Positions 10,497 through 22,276 of a stretch of 33,611 nt of DNA are shown piece by piece (position 1 is the first letter of the stretch; every line of letters begins with the position of its first letter). A program made the position numbers and the translations under genes. A model generated the notes under the pieces. That model saw only the letters and a list, made by a program, of their open reading frames with translations, ran no database searches and had not been told where the DNA came from. Source of the stretch: a virus; the IMG/VR virus record IMGVR_UViG_3300045988_134784, positions 1 through 33,611 of that record. One strand, 5' to 3'.

Positions 10497-11135
10497 TTAA
10501 TTGTTATACTTAAATATTTTACCTTTATGCTGTTTATATTTTCCGTTTAATACTCTAAGAATAGAGCTTTTACAGTATCCATCTAAAACAGCATTTTTAA
10601 TTGAAGGATAAGTTTTAATTATATTTCCTTCTAAATCTAGCATAATGATTGATTTAGTACCTTTATTTATATGAGATTCAGACATCCTTTTTCTTGTCTC
10701 TGAAGTAAACTCTCTATTTATAGCTATATTTTTAAGTCTTTCTGTAGTTTCAGCATTATATACTCCCGTTTTGTGTTTATTTCAGGGATTACGACCTTTG
10801 CAAGATTCTGATATTTTAATAGCTATTTCTGGAGTCATTCCTCCATAACCTCCTGGTTTAAGATTTAAACATCTCTTATCGGTGTTATAACAATCGCCTA
10901 TAATATCAGCTTCTCTTAAAGCATTATCTTTTGAAGAATCATTAAATTCAATTATAACTTTTCTGTAAGTAACATCTTTAATCTTGCCATATTTACTATA
11001 GTAATTAGTAAGAATAGTGCCACTTCCTGCATAGCTATTATTAAATGGATCTTCATCAGTACTATGCTTGCCTATATAGTAAGTGTTTTCCCATCCAGGC
11101 ATTAAAGGCTGAATTTCATAAATATAATGGTACAT
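10497..11135 (-). CDS. free-standing GIY-YIG homing endonuclease #3 (212 aa, 1 sense TGA)
   Basis: Track ORFs 10782-11135 and 10497-10685 are one frame joined by TGA 10782-10784 (...CKGRNP[W]NKHKTG...), matching TPWNKGKKG (TGG) in endonuclease #1. The N-terminus YIYEIQP...YYIGKHS...NLKPGGYGG is a GIY-YIG core. The start overlaps the scaffold stop as TAATG. Confidence 0.85.
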
Positions 11136-11746
11136 TACTCAAACATTCCTTGGATATTTTTAAGCTTTTTATCAATAACAGGATTACCAGTCATTATTGA
11201 AGCTTTGCCTTCTATCTGTTCCTCAGCTGAAAATGCAGCACTCATTTTGCTCATCTTTTCAACCGTCTTTTCTGTAGCTTCAGATTTACCCTCTAATTCA
11301 GCTACTTTCTTAACAAGCTTATCAACAATGTCATAAAGCTCATTAATTTCGCGATGAATTGCATCAATTGCATCAGTTACAGTTTCTTTGTCACCATCAG
11401 TAGCTACTTCAGGATCAACTGGCTCTTCAGCAGTTTCTATCTTGCGTTTTCCACAAGCAGCATCAACTTCTGCTTTAGCTGCTTCTTCTGGATCAACCTC
11501 AGCTTTAGGATCAGTTACAGACTCTACTTTACCGTCTTTAACAACAATTGTCTTTCCATCCTCAGTTACATACTCACCATCCTCAGCAGGTTTGTATTCT
11601 CCGTTCTCATCCTGAACATATACATCCATACCAGCGCGTAAGTCTTCATCTGAATCCCAAGTAAGTACACCACTTGATGTCTTTAGATCCGTAAAATTAG
11701 ACAGCATTCTCGCTAACTCCAATTTAATTTTAGTGAATTTACTCAT
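11135..11746 (-). CDS. putative scaffolding protein (203 aa, acidic, coiled-coil)
   Basis: Intact ORF between the protease-like and capsid genes (homing endonucleases interposed). It is highly acidic with E/K-rich helical segments. Confidence 0.5.
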   Translation of the reverse strand: MSKFTKIKLELARMLSNFTDLKTSSGVLTWDSDEDLRAGMDVYVQDENGEYKPAEDGEYVTEDGKTIVVKDGKVESVTDPKAEVDPEEAAKAEVDAACGKRKIETAEEPVDPEVATDGDKETVTDAIDAIHREINELYDIVDKLVKKVAELEGKSEATEKTVEKMSKMSAAFSAEEQIEGKASIMTGNPVIDKKLKNIQGMFE

Positions 11747-12341
11747 ACTTAAATTTAAAATTTTTATGATAGTTTTGTTTACCTTTGCAACATCTTATAA
11801 TAGCACTATGATCAAATTTATCCTCTCGTTCAGCATCCATCGAAGAATCCCAAGTTTTTATATAAACATCATTCAAATCTGTTTGAATTATACGTTTACT
11901 TACTTTTTGCCTGGATTCTTTACTCTGTACAGAACCTAAACGTACTAATCTAAGCTTATCTTTTGTTTCATCGCTTATAATCCTTCCTCTCTGTTTTGCA
12001 GACATTTTATTTCTAGATTCGATTGTATGAATCTGTCCTTTATTGCCTCCTCCACCTAATGTAAGATTATAACCATTTGAATAAGTATCAAATAATTTAA
12101 TATATCTCATTTCTGCTTCATCCAGTTTTGTTCTTAGTAATTCAGCTGTTGAACAGCAAAATACTTGCAGAATATCCCATTTAAAGGAATCAAAACCATA
12201 ATACTGAATTGCATTATGAAATTTATCATTCTTAGTTCTGTACTTATGTTCTTTTTGTCTGCGACTAAAATCATTAGTCTGCCCAACATATTTTGCACCA
12301 TTAGTTTGATTGGTTGCTAAGTATATACATCCACTATACAT
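11739..12341 (-). CDS. free-standing GIY-YIG homing endonuclease #4 (200 aa, no TGA)
   Basis: CIYLATNQTNGAKYVGQTNDFSRRQKEH...HNAIQYYGFDSFKWDIL...NGYNLTLGGGG, followed by a NUMOD-like and DNA-binding tail ending FKFKYE. ATG 12339-12341, TAA 11739-11741. Confidence 0.9.
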   Translation of the reverse strand: MYSGCIYLATNQTNGAKYVGQTNDFSRRQKEHKYRTKNDKFHNAIQYYGFDSFKWDILQVFCCSTAELLRTKLDEAEMRYIKLFDTYSNGYNLTLGGGGNKGQIHTIESRNKMSAKQRGRIISDETKDKLRLVRLGSVQSKESRQKVSKRIIQTDLNDVYIKTWDSSMDAEREDKFDHSAIIRCCKGKQNYHKNFKFKYE

Positions 12342-12351
12342 TAACCTCTTT

Positions 12352-12945
12352 TTAATGTTTAACTCTTTTTATCTTCTTAATCATATTAAGGATCTCTTTT
12401 ATTTCGTCATATTCATCAGACTTTCTCTCTAAAGTAAATAAACCTTCAATTGAGAACCCTTTAAACTTACCAGCTTTAATTGCATCTCAAATAACTTGAT
12501 TATCTACTTTATAAGTGGCAAATAAAGAACCATCAGGAACATCCTGGAATTCAACTGGAGATATTCCTCTATTAATATCCTTTACATAGATTTCTTGTAG
12601 AGTAATTCCATTTAAATCAGAATCTTCTAAATGTTCAATATTTACATCTGTAGTTCTCTTATCATACAGCATCTTCTCTGCCATTTTACGAAGAGTTTCC
12701 TTATCATACTGTATGTAGTATTCTCCGAGTTTCTCATCTCGTCTGAAAATTGGAGTATCACTTAACATTAAGCAAGATGTTACTAAATGCTTATCTTCAT
12801 CCATCGAGAACTTCTGAGAATTACTAAAAGCAACCCAGTTAACTTGTGTAGCTGGTTTACTTGTTAAAGCAACATATTCTATTCCATCACAATCATCAGT
12901 AATCACTGCCTGAAATAATGGAAGATCATTATAAGTAATTTCCAT
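12352..12945 (-). CDS. XkdF-like putative prohead serine protease (197 aa, 1 sense TGA)
   Basis: Track ORF 12487-12945 continues through TGA 12487-12489 (...VDNQVI[W]DAIKAGKFKGFSIEGLF...) to TAA 12352-12354. The W..(I/V)K.G...GFSIEG pattern is as I recall it for the XkdF family. Confidence 0.6.
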
Positions 12946-13023
12946 TTTTATTAATATATAGCACTTTATAAATTTGTAATATTGTTACAATCTTTTATTT
13001 TTATATATTTATATACTATCAAA

Positions 13024-13072
13024 TGTCAAGTTTTTTACTCAAATTTGTATCTAAGATAAATAAATTTTGACA
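13024..13072 (+). repeat. conserved intergenic element, copy B (49 bp)
   Basis: tgtcaagttttttactcaaatttgtatctaagataaataaattttgaca. It has the same 18-nt head and the same ctaaga...taaa...ttgaca tail as copies A and C. Confidence 0.75.
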
Positions 13073-13119
13073 TAGCACTACTATATAAGCACTGATAATC
13101 AGCAACTTACATAGTAGTG

Positions 13120-13152
13120 TGTCATAAATTTTACTCACTTTAGAAACTTGCA
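13120..13152 (+). repeat. degenerate partial copy D of the intergenic element, overlapping the 3' end of the tape-measure-like gene
   Basis: tgtcataaattttactcactttagaaacttgca shares tgtca and the 13-nt core ttttactcacttt with copy C. Confidence 0.5.
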
Positions 13153-15908
13153 TTTGATTCTGTAACTGCTACCTTAGTTTGAGCTGAAGTAATGTCAGAT
13201 TCAACAACATAACACTTAACAGGTTCATTTAAAAGGTCAGTTTCTTTATCTCCAAGTAAGTTTCGAGTATATTCTACAGGAGCAGTATTTAAAGCAGCAG
13301 GTGCTGCAATAGATGCAGAAGCAGAAGATGCAGATGCTCCACTAGTTTCATCTACCTCTCAAATCTTTTTAACATTAGCAATACCAGCAACAACTGCAGC
13401 TGCAGCTGCAGCAATACCTAAAGCAGGACCTACAATAGGAATTCCTGCCATAGCAGAGTATGCGCTATTTGCTGCTGAATAAGTGTCAATTAATGCTTGA
13501 GCAGTAGCAAATCCTTTACCTACTTTACTTTCCTCTCCCCAAATACTTGCCATACTTCCTGCAATGCTTGAAGCTACAGATAAAGTTCCCTGTAAAGCTT
13601 GCTGCCTTGCTTTTTGAAGATTTTGATAAGCCTGAGTATTTGCCTGTTCATTAGCTAATTGAGCATCTGATAAGGCCATATTATTCTCAGTAAGAGTTCT
13701 TTGAATTTCCTCTTTTTGTTCAGCAGTTAATTGTTCATTCATTAATTGCTGATTTAATAAGGCATTCTCTTGCTCTATTCTACCTTGAGTTAATGAGAGT
13801 AAGTTGTTATTGTATTCAATTTGAGCATTGTATTGATTCTCTAAGTCCTCTCTACTCTGATATGTAAATTTATAACCAGTCCCTTCATAATCTCCAGCCA
13901 ATCCAAATGCTTTCGATATACCTTGAGTATAAGTAGTCTGAAAGGTCTGCTCTCTTGGCTCTCTCAAATTACTTGTAGAAGATAAATCTCTAATCCTTTT
14001 TAATTCAGACTGTAGATCATTCCAAGCTTTATCTGCATCTGCTTTACGCTTAGCTTCTTCATCAGCTCTAGCTTTATCTCTAATCTTTTTAAGTTCTTCC
14101 TGATGCCAAGCTTCTACCTCTTCAATTCCCCTATTATACTTAATAGCTAATGCTAATAGTCTAATATATTCATCTTCAAGTTCATCTACTGGATCTTTAT
14201 CCTCTAATCTCTTTTGAAGCCATTCATCAAATTCATTAATTACCTTCTTAGCTTCAGTAGTGTTCTTTGTAATAGTTGGAATATTAAAGAATCCACCATA
14301 CTTTTTATTAGTATCTGCTACATCCTCAAATAGCTTTTTAAGCCTTTTCTCAATGTCTTTATTTAAATCATCCAACTGTTTATAAGTATTCTCTTTATTT
14401 TGCTTTGTATACTCATAAATTGTATTTGAATAATCTTTTCAGAACATTGCTGTAGCTTTAAAAGCCTGCCAAGCAGATGCCTCTCCAAAACTTGTATCAG
14501 AAATTTGATTCTCCAGTTCAGTACGTTTGTTTAAATACTCCTCATAAAGTTTAATTGCAGCCTGTTCAATAGCCTGAGCTTTTGCTCTTGCACTTAATGC
14601 TTCTACATAATTACCAGTATTATTTACAAACGCATCTTCTGCAGTCTTTACATCAGTGATATTTAAACCAGTCTCTTTAATCTTATCGGAATATTGCTCT
14701 ATAAACTTACGCTTAGCATCTGCAGAATCTCCAACCCTTTCGTAAGCTATTTGGAGCTCTCTAAAGATAGCTATAGATTTAGAAGCAATCTGATTAGTAG
14801 TATCTGTAATAGACTTTCTAAATTCAGCAGCCTCCTTTTCAGCTGATTTTATTGAGGATATATACTCTATTATCTTATTAATAGCTAATCCAATAGCTGT
14901 AGCTAATGCAATTCATACAGTTACATTACCAATAGTTTTAAGTGCAGTTTTAACTTTACCTACTCCAGAAGCAGCTTGTTCTGAAGCTTCAGCCATTGCT
15001 TTCTGAGCCTCTGCCCCTTTTCGCAAAGTTGGAATGCCTTTTTCTACATTTTCCTTTAATTCAGCAAGATCTACACCTAAACGTTTAGCAGCTTTCTGCA
15101 TTCTCTCTGCTGGAGTTCCAGTCTCTTTTGCTGCTTCCTTTAAAAATTCAGCAACTGTAGTAAATGTAGGTTTTACTTCTTCAAAGGACTTTTTTGCAGT
15201 TTCTCCTAATTTACCTATAATCGGAATCGTATTAGATACACTCTTATTAGTAGCAGATATTTCAGCAGGAGTGCCCATTACTCCTTGAATCATACCTCCT
15301 TTAAAATTAATATTGGTGCCTTCTAAATCCTTGACTACTTTAGAGATATTACCTAATTCAGTTCCAACATTACCAACAGATGTGCCAATGCCATTAAGCT
15401 TAGATGCATCAATCTGATTAAGATTTTTGGCAGCATTATTCAACCCTGTATTAAATGGAGAAATAAAATCAGTTAATTTCTTAAACCAATTACCTAAAGT
15501 GGGCAATTCTTCTAATAAATCTTTTATACCTCCAATACCTTGTACTAATGCAATAGATGACTGTAACTTAACCATTACTTTAGTTAAATCCTCAGATTCT
15601 TTCCCAAATAAAGTAATAGCAGCAGTTGCAGCACCATATCCACTAGCTAAGCCAGTGGATATTTTAGCTACACTTTCAAACCTTTGAGCAGTAGTTCTTG
15701 AAGATCTTGCTATCTGCTCATTAATTTTATTGAACTCTGATTGTCTTTTACCTAGTAATGCAAGAGTTTCATTATATTCCTTAGTACCAATCTCTAAATC
15801 ATTCAGAGAACTAGATAATGCGTCAATATCTTTCTTTAAAGAGTTTATTGACTTATTACTTGACTTAGTATCAATACTAATTACTTTTTTAATTTCTGTT
15901 TGTGCCAT
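13140..15908 (-). CDS. tape-measure-like protein (922 aa, 3 sense TGA)
   Basis: Track ORFs 14913-15908 and 13359-14375 share one frame. I translated 14376-14912 and 13140-13358 by hand. TGAs at 14913, 14439 and 13359; TAA 13140-13142. Long helical, Q/E/K/A-rich sequence plus a glycine-zipper hydrophobic segment (GIPIVGPALGIAAAAAAVVAGIA), as in tail tape-measure proteins. Confidence 0.7.
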
Positions 15909-16351
15909 TAGATTGTAATATTTTTAACAGTATCTTCTGTTAGTGTTAAATTCTCTGTATATTTAATTGTTCCTGTCGGTCCATCAGTCACTTCAAATTT
16001 AAACTGAACACCTTTTTGAGCATATATTCTATAATTTCCATTATCCTGCATATAAGCCACATTCAAGAAGTTATCGTTTTCTGTAAGTATCTGATTTACC
16101 CCAGTTGGTATAGTGCCACTTGGAGTTTCTAATTTGCCTGTAATAAGAACAGCTTTATTTGGGTCTGGAGTTTGAGTAAACATACATTTAGGACCATCTA
16201 CGCCTCCTTGTTTATAAAGACTAAAGTAGAAACTTCTTTGGTCATATTTAGTATTCTCATTATAAGTAACTGTTAATTCTGTTTCTCCAGGTTGCCCAGA
16301 TTCAGGTGTAATGCTTACAATTTCATTTGGACTATATCATCCTAATTCCAA
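15908..16351 (-). CDS. Ig/BACON-like C-terminal module, either a separate small protein or the -1-frame continuation of 16342-19341
   Basis: The frame is open from the TAA at 16358-16360 down to TAA 15908-15910. The only early start is TTG 16349-16351; the first ATG is at 16181-16183. It contains sense TGA 16337-16339. The sequence LELG[W]YSPNEIVSITPESGQPGETELTVTYNENTKYDQRSFYFSL looks like the second half of a domain begun in the upstream gene. Confidence 0.5.
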
Positions 16352-19341
16352 GGAATATTAGAAGTAACTGTAATCTTTTTAGTCCCAGCTTTATAATCTA
16401 CAACTGGATCTGAATCGTCAAATGATATATATTCACCTAAATCCTGAACTCCAGCTAAATAACTATTAATATCTTGAACTTTAATAAATTCACATCTAAC
16501 AGTAGAATCTGAATTAATATCATAAGCATCTATCTTATTAAGTACCCAGTATGAATCTTCAAAATAATAGAATTGTCTAAGTAGATCATATTTAACATCT
16601 AAATCATCTAATCTTACAAAGCAGGTGACTTTTTTAGTATTTACATCAAATTGATCATTATAAAACTCATTCCAGAATCTACTATATAAAGTAGATTGTT
16701 CCAAATAACTAACTTTATCAATATATATTTCTCTTGGAACTCCAAAATCTCAAGATGAAGATATGAAGTTACTTGAAATAGTATATCTTATAAATTGTGG
16801 TAATGTAGTTCTTTTAATTGCAATTTTTGATCCTGCAGAATTATTTTCACTATTAGTATAGATATAACAAGGTTCACCATCATTAAGAACTGACATTTCA
16901 GTAACATCATCTGTAATCCAATAATTAATTGGATTGCCAGCTATATCATTCATACTAACTGTATCATTATAAAACAATAAAGCACTCTTTATTTCCTCAA
17001 GACTCTGTTCATTATTGTCTAATGTGTAAAAACAAGTTTTTGCAAATATATCATTTCCAGGAACATCTCACCATTCTGTAGTCTTTCCTTGATCTATAAA
17101 ATTAGCTCCATATAAATCCTGATCACTAGTTTTTACTTCTGTAGAAGTTCTATTAAATAAACTATATGTAATATTATCATTCATAAATGCAGGTACATAA
17201 GTATTTCCAGAATTAAAGAAATTTCTAAAATACTTGTCTGCATCTCTAGCAGATACCACATTTTGAAATATATTTCCAGAATATAAATCAGTATTATCAC
17301 TATTAAAATTGTATCCAGTATTTAATCTTTGCTGACCATAGTCTATATCATACTGTCTATCATACTTCTTAGCATAATACGTTTCTGGAGTTTCTAATGA
17401 CATAGTATATCACTTTTTATCAAATAATATTGGATTTACATTAAAGTCTTTAGAATAATCAATTCTTTTACTCCAATCTGAAATTACATTCTTAAAAAAG
17501 TTATTTCTAGTATATATTCTAATTGTTTTACTATCAATATCTTTTGTAAAATATAATCCAAATAGTTTTGCATAACTTAATAAGTAATCAACAGGAGATT
17601 GTTCTGTCTTTAATAATTTCTGCTTAGTAATTAAAGCATCAGAAGTAACTGCTGAAGGCCAAGAAGCTTTTAGGGTATATTGAGTTTCATCATATAAAAA
17701 TTCTGACCATCCAGCCACTCTATTTGCTGTGACATTATTAGGATGCATATTATCTGATTGTCATACTGCATCTTGATTGTATAAATTCTCAGTTCTTCTT
17801 GCAATTTGTATATTCACTAAAATCTTATTGACTTTAGGCATATCTTTTACAGTAAATCTGAAAGTATTAGTATTATTATCACTTTTAAAATAATACCTAT
17901 TTCCACTATCTTTTACAAAATGCCCATAAATAGCTTCTACAGGTGCATCAGTTAATGGATAATAATTAAACCAAGTGCCAGGCCCAGATTGAACTTGAGT
18001 ATTTATTTTATTTGTAAAGTTATATAAAGGAGAATATGCAATAGGTTTACTCCCAGTATCCTCAGCATCATATATCAATATCTGTGCTGTTACTGATGTT
18101 CTGTAAGGATCATTCCTATAATCTATATTTCCAGCTCTTCCGTTCCTTACATAAGATAAATATAAATCATTACCTGCTGAAACATTTGCATTATAAAATA
18201 GCTGAAAATCAACATTAATATTAACAAGAGTATTAGCTGGAGTTGCAGATAAATCAATTACTTGTCCTTCACCAGGTACTATTACATCACTCCCTGTAAC
18301 ACTAAATCTTCCTCAGTTTACTGAAGTAGTTGTTCCTCCAGGTTTTAATCCACACCAAAACAAATCATTATATTTAGTAAGTTTAGCATTCTCTGTAATA
18401 TTATCTGATTCTTCATCTTCAGTAGATCCTAATAAAGGTAATGCAACAAACGCTTTATTTCAATATGGATTTGAATAATTAAAGAAACTATCATCAAATA
18501 TCACATCATATCCAGAATTCTCTTTTCTACATATAGTTTCTATTAACTTACTTAATTTTAAAGCTGGCCTTTGCATATAACTTCTAAGATCTCTCATCTC
18601 CCATTCTGTATATGCTCTATTTAATTTAGCTAATCCATATCCATTATAAGGTGTGTATGTAGTTCCTGAATCGGTCTTACTAGTAGGAAATAAATTATCT
18701 CCATTAGTATTTATTAAACAAGTTTCATTATCAAAGTTTTCATATAAACCGTTATATGCAGGAATAAATGTTAAAAAATCATAAATTTGACTTCCGTCAT
18801 TTACTTTACTCCAATTAAAACAAGTATTTACAAAATCTTTATTAATGTGGAAATTCATTTCAGTATCGGTAGGAAGTACATTACCATCCTCATCAGTTAC
18901 AAAGTATTGTAAATCAGCTAGAGTTCTAATAGTGCCATCTTCTTTATATTTAAGTCCATAAAAGAAATCTCCCAATCCTCCATATAAAGTAATATTATAA
19001 GTAATAACTGCTTGCTTTATAGAGATGCTATTTAACTGCATATATCCTGATTCAACTAAATATCCATTATTATAGATTCCAAAGTCAACTCTTTTTGAAG
19101 GATCAAAATATACTCCAGAGAAATTACCTTCTTTTATATGGAGAAATCTATCTAACTTATAAATCTCTCCAAAAATCTTATTATTGTTTTTTGTGCTAGG
19201 TATAGAAATCGTTTTACTAAACGAGTTCTTGACTATAGTGGGGTTTTGGAAATCCTCAACAGTATATGTTATAGGAAGACTAATTCCCTCACTACAGTCA
19301 ACCTCTTTATTTGCAATAAATAATTTAATATTCTTTCTCAT
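16342..19341 (-). CDS. large tail/baseplate-type structural protein (999 aa, 6 sense TGA)
   Basis: Six track ORFs (18460-19341, 17761-18078, 17410-17748, 17068-17403, 16750-16977, 16342-16704) share one frame. All gaps were translated by hand without TAA or TAG. TGAs at 18460, 18313, 17761, 17410, 17068 and 16750. Ends at TAG 16342-16344. Confidence 0.8.
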
Positions 19342-19343
19342 AA

Positions 19344-21521
19344 TTATTTACGATAAGTATCTTGAGAAGCTTCTACATTAATTGTATAGTAGAACTTATT
19401 CTTACCTTGATTAGTATAAGTTTTATATTCACAATTTGTATCTGTAATTAATACTGGAGTAATAGTATTATCTTTAAGATTATGCAAATATACTTTAGTA
19501 CTTTCAATTAAATTAAACATCTTAGAAGCTTGAATATCATTTAAATAACCAGTATAAAGAATCCAGCTTGAAGTTATAGTATTTAAATACTTATTCCTTG
19601 CAAATTCTTGAGATGTATTTAATACTTTGCGAGTATATGTTTCAGATTTAATTTCATCAGTCTTTCTAACATTACCCTCAACAAGTAATGAATCCCATCC
19701 TCCTGCTGAATTAGTATAATATAACACATAATCTTTACCTGTGGTATCTATATCATATCTAATCTGTCTATCACTAATATTTCCGTCTTCTACAAATCCT
19801 ACTATTAAATAGCTCCCACAAGGCCATAGTTTATTGCTTAAATCTTCTGTATATGTATATCCATTAATTCCAGAATTTAAACTAATATCTATAGCAGTTG
19901 ATGTTCCATCTATATAAAAGAATCTATTAACAACTCCCGTTCCAGTTGGTAAAATTCAACTTGCTACTAAATATTGTCTTGGATCAACTAAACCAGTAAT
20001 AGGATCACTTAACATAGTGCCTTTAGTCAAATCTCTATCTTTATAACTCCAATCATTGAAAAAAGTAATTGGTTTCTCATTTCCAGATGAAGTTATTAAT
20101 GTAAATGGTTTTAAATATTCTGGAGATACTATTGTTTTTGAAGTATTAAATATAATCCCATTAGATAGATAATTTTCAGCAACATTATTTAATAAAAACT
20201 CTACTCTATCAGTTTCTGGATATTTATAAGCTTTTCCAGCATAGACCATATCCCCTGCATAATCTAAATGATATTCAATAAAATCAGAACTGATAATTTC
20301 TTCCCAAACATAATCTTTCCAAATAGGAGATATATCAGATTTAACAGATTGTGTAATATTAATAGATAAATTAATAATACTTGAACTATTCTTTATAACA
20401 GATACTCCAATAGTTGCTTGTCTAGAAGATAAACCTGAATTTTCTGCAATGTTCAAACTAATAGTTGCTACACCTTGAGGATTCACAGTTATCTTCTGTC
20501 CACTAATCCAACCTACAGGAATGCTAAATACAACATCATCTAAGTTGTTTGAGCCTGTACCAGTTATATTTAATGTAGATGCAGTCCAACTTACTTCATA
20601 ATTAGTATTAGGAATCACCAAAGACGTTGCAGCTTGTTTAATTGGAACTGTAGCTTCAAGATTATAACCTCCAGAAGTTGTTGCAGTAACCATTGCACTA
20701 AACTCCAAATTATTAGTAGTTTTATTCTCTGGAACAGTTAATACAAAATAGTTATCAACACTATCCTTTTTAATATTACTAGCTTGTGGACAGGTAACAT
20801 TAAATGAAGTAATAGTTTCTTCTGTTTTAGTTGTACTTAAATGAAATTCTTCAGTAACAAAAGCAGCTGCTCCATAAGTTCCAGAAGAAGGAGTTACTAC
20901 TAACTTTAAATCTTCAGGAGTATTACTCTTTTCAATCTTAAAGCCATAACTATAACTAATAAATTTATTAGTATCATAATAAGCCCCTAATTGGATAGTT
21001 GCAGTTAAATCAGTATTTCATTGAGTATTAGCTCTTACTGTAACTTTAAACTTAATAGAGCAAGAATCTCAATCCAGAACTTCCATATTAACTAAAGCTG
21101 TAGCATTAACAACTGCTGCATCTCATTTAATAATATCTGATCTATTTAATATATACTCTACTGTATATTCTCCACCAGTATTTGGTACTTTAATGGTGCC
21201 ATTAGCAGGATAATATCCAGGAGCTTTACTATGTAAATTAATTGGTAAATCTTCCTCTAATAAAGTAGTAATGCCTCTAGGATAAAAATGAAATACAGTA
21301 GAAGAATCAGTAGTTATTGTTGTAGGAGATAAAAATTGTATTGTACATCCTTCTTTACTTGGATCCTGTATAGTTACATTTAAAGGCCCTTCTTCAGTAT
21401 AATCATCTCCCCAAGTCCAATAATCATATTCTCCAGTAATTCCCCATCCAGGATTATTCCATTTAACAGGAAAACTCCTTGATGCATTATATATTCCTAA
21501 TTTACTTGGTATAAATGCCAT
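19344..21521 (-). CDS. large structural protein with BACON/Ig-like repeats (725 aa, 4 sense TGA)
   Basis: Track ORFs 21123-21521, 19956-20708 and 19344-19727 share one frame, and the gaps were translated by hand. TGAs at 21123, 21069, 21018 and 19956. Contains YEVSWTASTLNITGTG...VGWISGQKITVNPQGVATISLNIAENSGLSSRQATIGVSV, a W...W...G...N...R.A.I pattern. Confidence 0.75.
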
Positions 21522-21523
21522 TT

Positions 21524-22012
21524 TTAAAAGTTTTTAAATAAATAATAATCTACTTGTCCTTGTAAGTCTTTAGTTATAGCATCATCAAGAAGTTCCATAT
21601 AGTTGTTCTCTATATATTCTAGAGTATTAGCAAGTGGATGTTTTCCTTGAGTTCCTTGAAGATGTATCTTTCTTCCAATTAAATATGCAAGTTGATCTAC
21701 AGTAGGTAACTTGCCATTATAAGGTCTTGGAATTACTGGCTTAGTTTTAATCCAACTCTTTATATCAGATAATGGAGGAAATTTACCAGCAGCTCTGCCT
21801 TCTTCAACATATTCTCAATAATCTAATAAGCTAAAATTAACCTCATATTCTCCATCTTGAGTCTCAACTATATAGTTTAAACTATTACCTAATGCTCCAG
21901 TGTCATCAGATCTGGTTTTAACTAATTCCTGTCTATAAAGAGAAATTATAAGATCTCCTCACTTCCTTAATAGCTCACTTAAATTTGAGAACTTTAATTC
22001 TTGAATATTCAT
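21524..22012 (-). CDS. hypothetical structural-module protein (162 aa, 2 sense TGA); absent from the ORF track
   Basis: ATG 22010-22012, TGAs at 21959-21961 and 21815-21817, TAA 21524-21526. Product MNIQELKFSNLSELLRK[W]GDLIISLYRQELVK...SLLDY[W]EYVEEGRAAGKFPPLSDIKSWIKTKP... reads as a normal globular protein. Confidence 0.65.
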
Positions 22013-22052
22013 TTTTGTTAAAATATATTATTTTATATATTAGCAGCTAATG

Positions 22053-22079
22053 AAAATAGGGAGGTTTACTCCCTATTTT
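22053..22079. terminator. perfect 11-bp stem-loop (aaaatagggag-gttta-ctccctatttt) between the terminase block and the structural block
   Basis: Perfect inverted repeat 22053-22063 / 22069-22079 with a 5-nt loop. The A/T runs form part of the stem, so it could terminate in either direction. Confidence 0.6.
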
Positions 22080-22276
22080 ATATGTAACTTTTTTATATTA
22101 TCTTAGTACAAAATATGAGTAAAAAGGTTACAGTTAATGTTTTCTTTTTCATTCTTCAATCTGTCTATTTTCTTCATTAGCTTTATCTATAACATAGCAT
22201 ATAATGTTAAGAAACTCTTTAATCTGCATATCATATATCTGATGTCAATTAAATCTGGTAACTTCACTTACCTTAT

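Noticed and set aside
12969-12990. A plus-strand TAAATTTG box (12969-12976) and a small palindrome ttgtaa-N5-ttacaa (12973-12990) upstream of the protease gene.
   Set aside because: The box is on the wrong strand for the adjacent genes and lacks an upstream TTTG at the right spacing. The palindrome is only 6 bp in very AT-rich DNA and is compatible with chance.
16342-21521. The strings of short same-strand ORFs (for example 16342-16704, 16750-16977, 17068-17403, 17410-17748, 17761-18078, 18460-19341) look like a heavily pseudogenised, decaying prophage.
   Set aside because: All fragments are in one frame. Every interruption is TGA, never TAA or TAG, and no frameshifts are present. The TGAs align with conserved Trp positions elsewhere in the genome. 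A code change explains all of this, whereas random decay would not.
22134-22229. A 31-codon minus-strand ORF (MQIKEFLNIICYVIDKANEENRQIEE[W]KRKH) in the gap between 22277 and the 22053 hairpin.
   Set aside because: It is too short and featureless to support as a gene. The interval is more likely a 3' UTR or regulatory spacer.
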